Below are positions 52,508 to 62,757 of a stretch of DNA of 64,000 nucleotides, piece by piece (positions within the stretch are counted from its first letter, which is position 1; the number at the start of each line of letters is the position of its first letter). The translations under genes were made by a program, and so were the position numbers. This DNA is from Bacteroidota bacterium. GTDB lineage: Bacteria > Bacteroidota > Bacteroidia > Palsa-965. Where the stretch lies: contig JANOCU010000008.1 of NCBI GenBank assembly GCA_031412295.1, positions 100,921-164,920 of the forward strand. Reading direction: 5' to 3'. The notes under the pieces are model-generated. The model was not told the DNA's origin, did not search any database, and saw only the letters and a list, made by a program, of their open reading frames with translations.

Positions 52508-52687
52508 GTGCATGATAATGTTGATGGCTTAGGTTACGTGCATGATAATGTTGATGGCATAGATTACGTGCAGCAGTATGGTGATGGTACAGGTTACTTG
52601 TAGCAGTATGCTGATTGTTCAGGTTACGTGCAGCAGTATGTTGATGGTTCAGGCTAGGTGCAGGAGTATGTTGATAGTATTTGTTGC
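52508..52687. repeat. 30-bp tandem array, 6 units
   Basis: Units are gtgcatgataatgttgatggcttaggttac / gtgcatgataatgttgatggcatagattac / gtgcagcagtatggtgatggtacaggttac / ttgtagcagtatgctgattgttcaggttac / gtgcagcagtatgttgatggttcaggctag / gtgcaggagtatgttgatagtatttgttgc. Confidence 0.9.
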
Positions 52688-52760
52688 GCCAGTCGGCTTA
52701 TCTTTGCACACGGTGATGATTGATGATCACAGTAAATTAACAACAACATTCAACATTCTT

Positions 52761-53591
52761 ATGCGCACGTTTCTTTTTGTTTGCTTATTTATTTCATCAT
52801 CACTTTTCGCCCAGCGCGATTCTGTTATTAACGGAATCAAATGTCATCTCATTTCGGAAAGCCGTGATACCGGAACTGTGTGGATCCAGCGGAAGATCGT
52901 AAATAAAAAAAAGAATACTGAAAAATTCGGTGGACGCTATTGGGAATTTTATCCGGGTGGAAAATTAAAAGCATCAGGCTATTATAAAAATGGGAAGCGT
53001 GATGAAAAGTGGATTCGTTATTATCAAAACGGACAACGATCGGAGGAAGGATATTTTGACAATGGTTTAAAATCAGATCTCTGGATGACGTATTTTGAAT
53101 CCGGTAAAATGTCGTGGAAAGGAAACTTTTTTAAGAATATTCGTTCAGGTGTCTGGCGATATTTTTATGAAGACGGGAAATTAAAAGGCATGACACGATA
53201 CAGGATCAAAACACAAAAGATTGCGAAAAAACCAAAGGCCGGAGTAAAAAGAGGAATAGCAATAGGTGCTTACAAGGAAGTAACGTACACCATTTCTCCT
53301 GCTGATTCGCTTGTGGAATATTACCCGGATGGAAAATTACGGACACGGATCACATACGGACATGAAGGTGGATTGACCGGTAGTTATGCAATGTATTATG
53401 ATAATGGAACAATTAAAACACGCGGCCAATATTCTGAAGGGAAAAAAACCGGTACATGGGAATATTTTTGTTCTTCCGGTACGTTGTATTTTAAAGGAAC
53501 TGAACTCAATCCAAATTATACAGATGGACCGTGTGAGTTTGTGGAAGAACTACCGTGGCTGAAATGGGAAGTGGAGCAAATCACACTTTAA
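52761..53591 (+). CDS. MORN-variant repeat protein (YwqK-like), secreted
   Basis: The ATG at 52761 gives signal peptide MRTFLFVCLFISSSLFAQ. There are repeated G.....G.Y.NG...G.W..YY.NG units. The track start at 52578 translates the 30-bp tandem array. Confidence 0.75.
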   Translation: MRTFLFVCLFISSSLFAQRDSVINGIKCHLISESRDTGTVWIQRKIVNKKKNTEKFGGRYWEFYPGGKLKASGYYKNGKRDEKWIRYYQNGQRSEEGYFDNGLKSDLWMTYFESGKMSWKGNFFKNIRSGVWRYFYEDGKLKGMTRYRIKTQKIAKKPKAGVKRGIAIGAYKEVTYTISPADSLVEYYPDGKLRTRITYGHEGGLTGSYAMYYDNGTIKTRGQYSEGKKTGTWEYFCSSGTLYFKGTELNPNYTDGPCEFVEELPWLKWEVEQITL

Positions 53592-53633
53592 CTTTAATTG
53601 ATTTAATAAAGCACGATAAAGCTGGTTAGTGCA

Positions 53634-55037
53634 TTATTTAATCATTTCCAGCAATCCCGGTCCAACCTGCTCGCCAAGCGGAAGATGTCCATAAACTTCT
53701 TCAAACGTATACCTGCAGAAATCGGAATTCGGAAATTCTTTTGCACGCGATTTTACGTAATTGATGAAATGATTAAAGGTTCTTTCTTTATTCAAATCAT
53801 CAATGAAGTCAGAATATTTTTTGTAATCAGTAAAGAAATCGCCGGCAAGCAAATAATGAAATACTTCATAAGCATCCAGGAATTTTTTATAACCATTATC
53901 CTCTGTTCCTAAATGAGAGAAGTTTAATAATTCCGGATCATAAAACAAGCGAACGAATTTTTCAATCAGCGCGTATCCTCCGTTGATATCAATATAATGG
54001 TTTTCAAAAGCTTTTTGAGCCGCTTCATTTCCTTCACGGAATTTTATGTCCAGCGATTTGCTTACACGATGTGCCGTTTCCATTGCAACATAAATTCCAC
54101 TCGAAAAAATCGGATCAAGAAATGCACCCGCATCACCGATCATTGCATAGTTAGGTCCGTATTTCTTTTCTACCGAATAAGAATAATCCCCTAAGACAAT
54201 TACATCATGCTCCAGCTTTGCATTTTTCAAAACAGGAATTAAATTCACCGCTTCACTCAGCTCTTGCTTATACAAACGTTCTTTCCAGTCTGTCCCGGTA
54301 AATTTTTTCTTTTGCTCTTTTACGTATGAATTATTCAGCGTAACGCCTATGCTTAAATGATTTCGTCCAACAGGAATAACCCAGAGCCAGCCTTTTTTTT
54401 CTCCGCCGAGATAAATGATTTTAATTAATCCGCCTGATAAAGCTTCATCGTAATTTGTTTCCAGCCAATGCGAGAAAAATGCAACACGATCTAATCCTTC
54501 ATACGGTTTTTTATCCTCCAGCTTGCGCGCAAGAAAAGCACCTTGTCCGCTTGCATCAATTAAAAAACGTGCCGTGTAATTTGTTTCTGCTCCCGATTTA
54601 TCTGCAACACGCAGCGTTACGCTTTCAGGATTCGAAAGATCTGCTTCTTTAACCAAACATTCTTCATACACTGTCGCGCCGCACTTTTTTGAATTATCCA
54701 ATAATGCTTTATCAAACGGCGCACGTAATGTATGAAACGACATTTGCGCACCATCATCAATCACTTTATCAAAACACCAAACCGACTGACGTGAATTATC
54801 ACGATCAACAAAATGAACGCCGGGCTTTTTCGTTGCAAAGGTGAGCACTTCCTCCAGCACACCCATTTCTTTCATCTTATAATAGCAATATGGAATCAGA
54901 GATTCGCCCACATGATCACGCGGGAATTTTGCTTTTTCAAATACAACAACATTGTAACCGAATTTAGTAAGGTAAGTCGCCGCCGAAGATCCACCAGGAC
55001 CACCACCGATTATTGCCACATCAAAATTTGTTTTCAT
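53634..55037 (-). CDS. FAD-dependent oxidoreductase of the flavin-dependent halogenase type
   Basis: It has FDVAIIGGGPGGSSAA (GxGxxG), GWLWVIPVG (WxWxIP) and FLDPIFSSGI (Fx.Px.Sx.G). The preferred start is MKTNFDV. Confidence 0.65.
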   Translation of the reverse strand: MKTNFDVAIIGGGPGGSSAATYLTKFGYNVVVFEKAKFPRDHVGESLIPYCYYKMKEMGVLEEVLTFATKKPGVHFVDRDNSRQSVWCFDKVIDDGAQMSFHTLRAPFDKALLDNSKKCGATVYEECLVKEADLSNPESVTLRVADKSGAETNYTARFLIDASGQGAFLARKLEDKKPYEGLDRVAFFSHWLETNYDEALSGGLIKIIYLGGEKKGWLWVIPVGRNHLSIGVTLNNSYVKEQKKKFTGTDWKERLYKQELSEAVNLIPVLKNAKLEHDVIVLGDYSYSVEKKYGPNYAMIGDAGAFLDPIFSSGIYVAMETAHRVSKSLDIKFREGNEAAQKAFENHYIDINGGYALIEKFVRLFYDPELLNFSHLGTEDNGYKKFLDAYEVFHYLLAGDFFTDYKKYSDFIDDLNKERTFNHFINYVKSRAKEFPNSDFCRYTFEEVYGHLPLGEQVGPGLLEMIK

Positions 55038-55190
55038 CAGGAAGATTTGGAGGATCAAATTTAATGGAATTACTGCTTGTTTTAACCCTCAAGGGTTCGC
55101 GCCGTACTGCGCGCCTGCAAACTTTTGAGGGATAAAACTATTCGTTTGTATCTATTTTCCTGCGTCACGTTATACAGGAAATCAAAACTC

Positions 55191-56102
55191 ATGAAAACAA
55201 TTTTCTCTTTAACCCTTACGCTTTTCACCGGCTACATTTTCGCTTGCAATAATCCGCATTTCGGACTCGCGCTTAATCAACGTTCATTTTATAATCCTGC
55301 TGCGCTTTGTCCGTATTGCGTGGGCTCAACGTTTATGTCAGGCGGATCAAGTTTTATTCCGGGCGCTAAGAATATTTCAGGTTTCAATTATGCATTCGGT
55401 AATGATGCAGACAATTTCATTCATGGTCCGTGGGATCTTTCGTATTCGCAAATGAAAACGCCTGAGATAAAAATGAGTGCTTACAGCATGCGTTATGCGT
55501 ATTCGATGCAAATCGGAAACTGGAAAGCTGCAATCGGAATGCGCGGATCACGGTATACAATCAAAGGAAATGGTGATGCGCAATTCTCAACCAAATTGTT
55601 TGATGCAGATGCTGGTATAATGGCCACCAATCAGAAAGGAATGTATTTCGGAATGTCAATGCTGCACCTTGGTTCACCTTCACGCACGATACGAAATGAA
55701 AGTGGCATAACTTATTCTGTTTCGTTGCCACAAACATTTAATGTCATAGGTGGTTATGTTCAGAAAATAAGTCCAGCCTGGGATGTATTGCCCGATGTTT
55801 CTTTTCTGTCGAATAAAATGGAGAACGTTTTTATTCCCGGTGCGATGATTCGTTTTAAGCATCATTACTCGTTAGGCGGTGGAATGACATTTGCCAGCAA
55901 TGAAAAAGCCTCTTATCAAATCCGTGCAGGTTACATGAGCTCTAAATTTAAATTCCTTGCATCCGCATGCCCATCTCCGCAAGGCTGGACTATCGAAACC
56001 GGCATCACCTGGCGCTTTTGGTTCACGCAAGATTGCGACGGCGGCACTTGCACAGTAGTAAAACCGTGGAAGAAAGTAGATGACTTTATAAGACACAGAT
56101 AA
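55191..56102 (+). CDS. PorP/SprF-family T9SS-associated outer-membrane protein (probable)
   Basis: A signal peptide is followed by NPHFGLALNQRSFYNPAAL, which resembles the PorP/SprF N-terminal signature (..F.......yNPA). About 300 aa with a beta-rich pattern. Confidence 0.5.
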   Translation: MKTIFSLTLTLFTGYIFACNNPHFGLALNQRSFYNPAALCPYCVGSTFMSGGSSFIPGAKNISGFNYAFGNDADNFIHGPWDLSYSQMKTPEIKMSAYSMRYAYSMQIGNWKAAIGMRGSRYTIKGNGDAQFSTKLFDADAGIMATNQKGMYFGMSMLHLGSPSRTIRNESGITYSVSLPQTFNVIGGYVQKISPAWDVLPDVSFLSNKMENVFIPGAMIRFKHHYSLGGGMTFASNEKASYQIRAGYMSSKFKFLASACPSPQGWTIETGITWRFWFTQDCDGGTCTVVKPWKKVDDFIRHR

Positions 56103-56107
56103 TATTT

Positions 56108-56330
56108 TAGTTCGGAGTCCGCCGCGCGGATTAGTTTTTAGTTCGGAGAATTAGGTTGGAGTTTTTAGTGATTAGTTCGGAGAGTTAGTTCGGAGTTTTT
56201 AGTGGTTAGTTCTGAGAGTTTAGTTGAAAGAGAATAATTTATAATTCTCCTAACAAAAAATTGAAACTCTGAACCCTAAACCCTAAACCCGAAACTTTTC
56301 TCCGAACTAACCACTCCGAACTAACCACTA
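56108..56330. repeat. tagttcggag / ctccgaacta word arrays in inverted orientation, with core hairpin tccgccgcgcgga
   Basis: The core lies at 56118-56130. The 17-bp IR is tagtggttagttctgag (56200-56216) versus ctccgaactaaccacta (56314-56330), with 1 mismatch. The right arm abuts the M43 gene stop. The centre contains gaaccctaaaccctaaacccgaaac. Confidence 0.9.
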
Positions 56331-59300
56331 TCAATGAAGGATAGCTATCTTCTTATGAATAATCTTCCCTTCCGAATGAACTTCCATCATATACAATCCA
56401 TCTGCAAAATCACCTGTCGCGATTTCAATTAATGATGAACTCGTTTGCTTAGTGAAAATCAATTGCCCCGAAGAATTGTACAAACGGATTTCAGCGTTTA
56501 CATTTCCGGGATAGTTAATTGTAATAAATTGATTCGCCGGATTCGGATAGATGGAAATGGTTGAATTCGTAATATCAAAGACTGAATTAGCACAAAGAAT
56601 TACGTTTAATGTATCGCGTGCTGAACAACCATTTGCATCTGTAACCGTTACAAAATATTGGCCCGGACCATTAACAGTATAGCTGCTTAACGTTGTGTTA
56701 TCATCCCACAAATAAGATGGATAACCTGCAGGCGCATTAATTGTAAATGGAAATCCGGTTGCACATACGCTTGTATCACTTCCCAAATCAAGCGCAATTG
56801 CCGATTCATCACCGATAACTCTTATTGTATCTGTTGCAGTATAACAAGGAGCTGTAACAGTTACCCAATAGGTTCCGGGTAAATACGCAGTGAATGTTTG
56901 TGTTGTCGAACCATCCTGCCACAAATAAGAAGTGTAATTATTTCCTGCATCTAAAATTGCAGTATGACTGAGACAAACAGTTACATCAGCACCAAGATTC
57001 AAAGGCGTTACATTCGGACTTGCAGAAAAAATTATTGAGTCACGATCACTGCAACCAACTGCATTTGTTACCTGCACCCAATACGTTCCTGGTGTAGTTA
57101 CATTAATTGAACTTAACATGGAATTGTTTTGCCAGAGGTAAGATGTAAATATTGTCCCTGGAGATATCCATTGACTTCCACAAAACGCAGTATCATTTCC
57201 CAATGAAATAACCGGACTTTGAATAGTTTGAATTACAAATGTATCCCTGCTCACACCACATGTTCCATAATAAGTAACAAACAACGAATCTGCGCCAATT
57301 CCATTTCCGCTTATTAACGTTGCAGTTGAATCGGTAGTAGAAATTAAATTTCCAATTCCCGAATGCGACCAGTTTGCTGTTCCACCGGTTGATGTATTGT
57401 TAATGGTATACGAGTATGATTGTTGTCCCGAACAAATTGTAGCAGGCCCGGAAATATTCGGCACTGCATTTTTATTTAAGCCAATCATCATATTGGGCAG
57501 ACACCAACCATTCGACCCAGTTATCGGTAATCCGGCCATCACAAAATTACAAGCTGTACCTGCGAGGTTCGGAAAATTAATTACATCCAATGCCCCGTTT
57601 GCCGCACCCGCAACATAAATTTTACCATCCGGCGCTAATAACAAATGACCGAAATTCATGAAACCGGAATACGTATCAACAAGCGTGCTGGTTGCATTGA
57701 TTGCAGTTTCGCTTCCTGCAGTCAAATCCCATTGGTAAACCTGCCCGAAATTTACGAGTGTGGAATAAAGCTTCGAATTATCAGGAGAAAATTCAACGCA
57801 ATAGGGTTGCTCCCAGGTTGAGCTGCTGAATGAAATATTCATCGGGTTGAAAAATACGCCTGTTGTTGAATTGAAATTTGCATACACAAGTGAACGCGGC
57901 GGTGCGCTCGACATAATCACCGCAGCCATATGTGTTCCATCAGGAGAAAATTTCATTGAACCTAATCCCATGTCGCAGCTGTTTCCGATGTTCGATGTAA
58001 CAGGTGTTGTATTAATTCCTGAAGGAGTAACTAAAAAAGTATAGAAAGTAGTTCCTGTTGTGGCATGCGTCGCTAACCAGATGTCAGTAGAATTGCTGTG
58101 CCACGTCGCCGTAATTTTTTCACCGATGCCCGGCATGATCACTACATTTTTTATTGCGGTAACATCGCCCAGTCCCGCGTTCAATGTCATGTCTACAACA
58201 CTATAACGTAATCCGTTCGCATAGGAGTTCTCAACAGCGCCTGTGGTGAAAATGTAATACTTGTTTGCATTACCCGGAAACGGAGTAATAAGAACGCCCT
58301 GAGTGGATGAAGAATGACTTTGTAATCCGCTTCCATTCGGCATAACCGTATGATTCGCATTAAAAACATTTAATCCATCCGTATAGAAAAGCAAATTTCC
58401 GCTGGCATCTGCAATCGAAGCTGAACATTCAAGCGAGCTGCTGATGATTTGACTTGATCCGATTACCGGCGAGCCCGAAGTAAAATCAATCGAGCTGCCT
58501 CGGAAGTACCATTGATCAGCAGCTTTTGATACACCACACTGACCAATGCTGAAAAAATTTACTGTTGATGTATCGGAACACGAACCATTGCTCACAACAA
58601 GAAATACAGAATGACCACCTGCATTGTTGAATGTCATGTTGAAAGATGTTGCAGTTGATTGCGGAACTCCATCAAGCAACCATTGGTATGTTGTAGCGTT
58701 TGTCGCAGTGCTTGTGAAAGTAATATTCGCACCCGGTAAATAAGGTCCTGCAGGATTCATAACAAACGAAGCCTGCGCCTGGCACGTTACAATTAAAATT
58801 TGATCAAGCGTTTCATCGCACGATGGATCACCGTTGGTAGCAATCAGTGTAATCGTATAAGTTCCCGGTGTTGAAAAGAGTTGATTGTGATTTGTTGTTG
58901 TTGCAACAGGAACGCCATTGACTTGCCATGTATAGTTTGAAGCAGGTGTAGTGGAGTTGGTAAAGTTTACTGCATTTCCTGCCTGGATAACATAAGCGCT
59001 CAATGAAAATCCGATGTTGATTGGATTTAAACAAAGTGAATTGCATCCCTGTGATTGAAGTAAGCTCGCACGTGTTGTAGTTAATGCAGCAGTCATTCGT
59101 GTTCCTTGTCCCGCCGAAAAATAAAGCTGGCAATATTGATAACCATAATCCATATAGTTTTCAATCATGTCATTCTGATCTCCGATTCCTCCTTGCGCTG
59201 CCGGACGAAATGGATTGTTTGCTGAAAGATCATCATCATCCGTCGTGCACGAATTCGGTGCAAACGTGCAGCTTGTTGCAGCAGTTGAATTATCAGGCGG

Positions 59301-60092
59301 TGTATCACAAACCATATCACCATCTGTCTGGCAATTATTATTTGCGCAGCCAATATTGAACGTATGATACAAACCAAGATAATGTCCCGCCTCATGAATA
59401 TGAACTTTAGAATTATTCGGATCGCTGCCAAACCAGCGCGCTTCATTTACAATTCCATCTTCCGGATTTCCGTGCGACGAAGGCAAATAAGCATAACCGG
59501 CAACTCCCGATCCCATCGACTGCGATGTTATTTCATTCACGAGCCAGATGTTCAAATATTTTGTCGGATCCCAACCGATGAGTGTTTTTAAAGCAGCATC
59601 ATCCGTCTCCGCAGTTAAATTCGTAAGCGACGAAACCACGCGATTAATTCCCGTCGATGCATTTCCATTCTCATCCTGTTGCGCAAGACAAAATTGAATG
59701 TTGGTATTTACGCCATTCACATCTGCATACGCTCCCGAGTTTGCAAATGCTTCATTCAAATCCTGTATGCCCTGCAACACCAACGCATTCGAAATGTTTT
59801 CCGGTCCGTTGTTGTGAACAATATGTACGACAACAGGAATGGTCAATACAGATTGTACGCTTGGCAATGAATTCGAAGTATGAGAAGCGATGGATTGATT
59901 CATCTGCTGCACACGCAACAAATAGGAGGGATCTGCAGCTTGTTTTTGCTGCATCAGAATATCCATCACACAGCCCGGAGGATTTCCGGTTGGTGTTGAA
60001 TTAGAATTTGTCGGAAGCTGTGAATAGATCGTGTTTTGTCCGTTCACGGCCATGCATAGCAATAGCAATGCAAGAGAGAAGAGGTGTCTCAT
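56331..60092 (-). CDS. M43-type (pappalysin/cytophagalysin-like) zinc metalloprotease with PKD/Ig-like repeats and T9SS C-terminal sorting domain
   Basis: The preferred start is MRHLFSLALLLLCMAVNGQ (ATG at 60092). The zinc motif is HEAGHYLGLYHTF. Modules of the form SYLWQ.. ...PGTYWV.VT recur. The C-terminus is IYPNPANQFITINY...DGLYMMEVH. Confidence 0.8.
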   Translation of the reverse strand: MRHLFSLALLLLCMAVNGQNTIYSQLPTNSNSTPTGNPPGCVMDILMQQKQAADPSYLLRVQQMNQSIASHTSNSLPSVQSVLTIPVVVHIVHNNGPENISNALVLQGIQDLNEAFANSGAYADVNGVNTNIQFCLAQQDENGNASTGINRVVSSLTNLTAETDDAALKTLIGWDPTKYLNIWLVNEITSQSMGSGVAGYAYLPSSHGNPEDGIVNEARWFGSDPNNSKVHIHEAGHYLGLYHTFNIGCANNNCQTDGDMVCDTPPDNSTAATSCTFAPNSCTTDDDDLSANNPFRPAAQGGIGDQNDMIENYMDYGYQYCQLYFSAGQGTRMTAALTTTRASLLQSQGCNSLCLNPINIGFSLSAYVIQAGNAVNFTNSTTPASNYTWQVNGVPVATTTNHNQLFSTPGTYTITLIATNGDPSCDETLDQILIVTCQAQASFVMNPAGPYLPGANITFTSTATNATTYQWLLDGVPQSTATSFNMTFNNAGGHSVFLVVSNGSCSDTSTVNFFSIGQCGVSKAADQWYFRGSSIDFTSGSPVIGSSQIISSSLECSASIADASGNLLFYTDGLNVFNANHTVMPNGSGLQSHSSSTQGVLITPFPGNANKYYIFTTGAVENSYANGLRYSVVDMTLNAGLGDVTAIKNVVIMPGIGEKITATWHSNSTDIWLATHATTGTTFYTFLVTPSGINTTPVTSNIGNSCDMGLGSMKFSPDGTHMAAVIMSSAPPRSLVYANFNSTTGVFFNPMNISFSSSTWEQPYCVEFSPDNSKLYSTLVNFGQVYQWDLTAGSETAINATSTLVDTYSGFMNFGHLLLAPDGKIYVAGAANGALDVINFPNLAGTACNFVMAGLPITGSNGWCLPNMMIGLNKNAVPNISGPATICSGQQSYSYTINNTSTGGTANWSHSGIGNLISTTDSTATLISGNGIGADSLFVTYYGTCGVSRDTFVIQTIQSPVISLGNDTAFCGSQWISPGTIFTSYLWQNNSMLSSINVTTPGTYWVQVTNAVGCSDRDSIIFSASPNVTPLNLGADVTVCLSHTAILDAGNNYTSYLWQDGSTTQTFTAYLPGTYWVTVTAPCYTATDTIRVIGDESAIALDLGSDTSVCATGFPFTINAPAGYPSYLWDDNTTLSSYTVNGPGQYFVTVTDANGCSARDTLNVILCANSVFDITNSTISIYPNPANQFITINYPGNVNAEIRLYNSSGQLIFTKQTSSSLIEIATGDFADGLYMMEVHSEGKIIHKKIAILH

Positions 60093-60191
60093 GTGGAGAT
60101 GGGTTTGGTAAGATTTGTTTGCCGAAAAAAAGATACGACAATTTTGGAATATGATATTGACCGTTAAATAAGTCAGATAGCATAGCGTGCC

Positions 60192-60223
60192 CCGTGAAGT
60201 AAAGCGGAGCATTTCCTTCACGG
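60192..60223. repeat. Hairpin of the tgaag...tttccttca family (copy H1)
   Basis: ccgtgaag-taaagcggagcatttc-cttcacgg. Related copies lie at 62494-62527 and 62553-62584. Confidence 0.8.
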
Positions 60224-60255
60224 TCAGGCTGTCTGCAGTCGCTTTTTTATTTTGC

Positions 60256-60294
60256 TTTTCATTATGCAGGTTTCGCAAACCTGCCTAATGAAAA
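60256..60294. repeat. 19-bp-arm hairpin (1 mismatch) with a 3-nt loop
   Basis: Sequence cttttcattatgcaggttt-cgc-aaacctgcctaatgaaaag. Confidence 0.85.
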
Positions 60295-60328
60295 GTAAAA
60301 GAAAAAGAGCTCCGACAATCCCTCCATC

Positions 60329-60368
60329 CCTGCCTGCAGCAACGCAGACCAACGCGGAAGCAGGCAGG
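60329..60368. repeat. Hairpin cctgcctgc ... gcaggcagg, related to 43358-43398
   Basis: Both copies begin atccctgcctgc. This copy has a 9-bp stem and a 22-nt loop. Confidence 0.8.
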
Positions 60369-60376
60369 CTTCACGC

Positions 60377-60410
60377 AAAAAAAATGCCCCATCATTTCTG
60401 ACAGGGCATT
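60377..60410 (-). terminator. Rho-independent terminator of the atpDC transcript
   Basis: The minus strand reads aatgccc-tgtcagaaatgatg-gggcatt followed by ttttttt. Confidence 0.65.
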
Positions 60411-60433
60411 ATTAAAATTATTTCCCGGTGAAT

Positions 60434-60670
60434 TTACTCAGCCAGCACAATGATCTTGTTCTTATGAACTTCAGCAACTCCGCCGGTGATCTCGAAGTAT
60501 TTTGTTTCCTGCTTATCATCCACAATTTTGATCTTGCCTTTTTTCAGCGAAGAGATCATTGAAGCATGCTTGTTCAGCACACCGAATTTTCCCTGCGTTC
60601 CCGGTAATACAACCGATTTCACATCGCCGCTGAAAAGCTTTTTATCCGGAGTAATTATTTCTAAATGCAT
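60434..60670 (-). CDS. atpC: F0F1 ATP synthase subunit epsilon (short form)
   Basis: 78 aa, MHLEIITPDKKLFSGDVKSVVLPGTQGKFGVL, located directly downstream of atpD. Confidence 0.85.
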   Translation of the reverse strand: MHLEIITPDKKLFSGDVKSVVLPGTQGKFGVLNKHASMISSLKKGKIKIVDDKQETKYFEITGGVAEVHKNKIIVLAE

Positions 60671-60675
60671 TTTTT

Positions 60676-60743
60676 AAGTTGTCAGTTTTCAGTTGTCGGT
60701 TGTCAGCATAGCCTTTCGACTGACTACTGACAACTGACTACTT
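60676..60743. repeat. Imperfect inverted heptamer arrays (gttgtca / tgacaac) in the atpD-atpC intercistronic spacer
   Basis: The left arm is aagttgtcagttttcagttgtcggttgtcag. The right arm is actgactactgacaactgactactt. The arms are roughly 80 percent complementary. Confidence 0.85.
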
Positions 60744-60745
60744 TT

Positions 60746-62584
<1,839 letters not shown>

Positions 62585-62650
62585 GCACGCCCATAAAAAA
62601 ATGTACGAATTACGATGTCGAATTACTTCCCACTATTCTCTATTCACTTT

Positions 62651-62732
62651 TCACCTGTCACCTGTCACCCGTCACCCGTCACCCGTCACCAATCACCAAT
62701 CACCAATCACCACCAACCACCAACCACCAACC
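62651..62732. repeat. Stepwise-mutating heptamer array
   Basis: The units run (tcacctg)x2 (tcacccg)x3 (tcaccaa)x3 tcaccac (caaccac)x2 caacc, with the 7-nt phase uninterrupted. Confidence 0.95.
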
Positions 62733-62757
62733 TTTTTTTCCTTTTATCTTTACCGCC

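Noticed and set aside
52578-52760. N-terminal extension of the MORN-repeat protein (MVMVQVTCSSMLIVQVTCSS...).
   Set aside because: It is encoded by the 30-bp tandem repeat and begins at a non-ATG start. An ATG followed by a canonical signal peptide occurs at 52761.
56273-56291. Telomere-like ccctaaa repeats.
   Set aside because: There are only about 2.5 units, embedded in a spacer of other heptamer words in a bacterial chromosome context. This is most simply another word variant.
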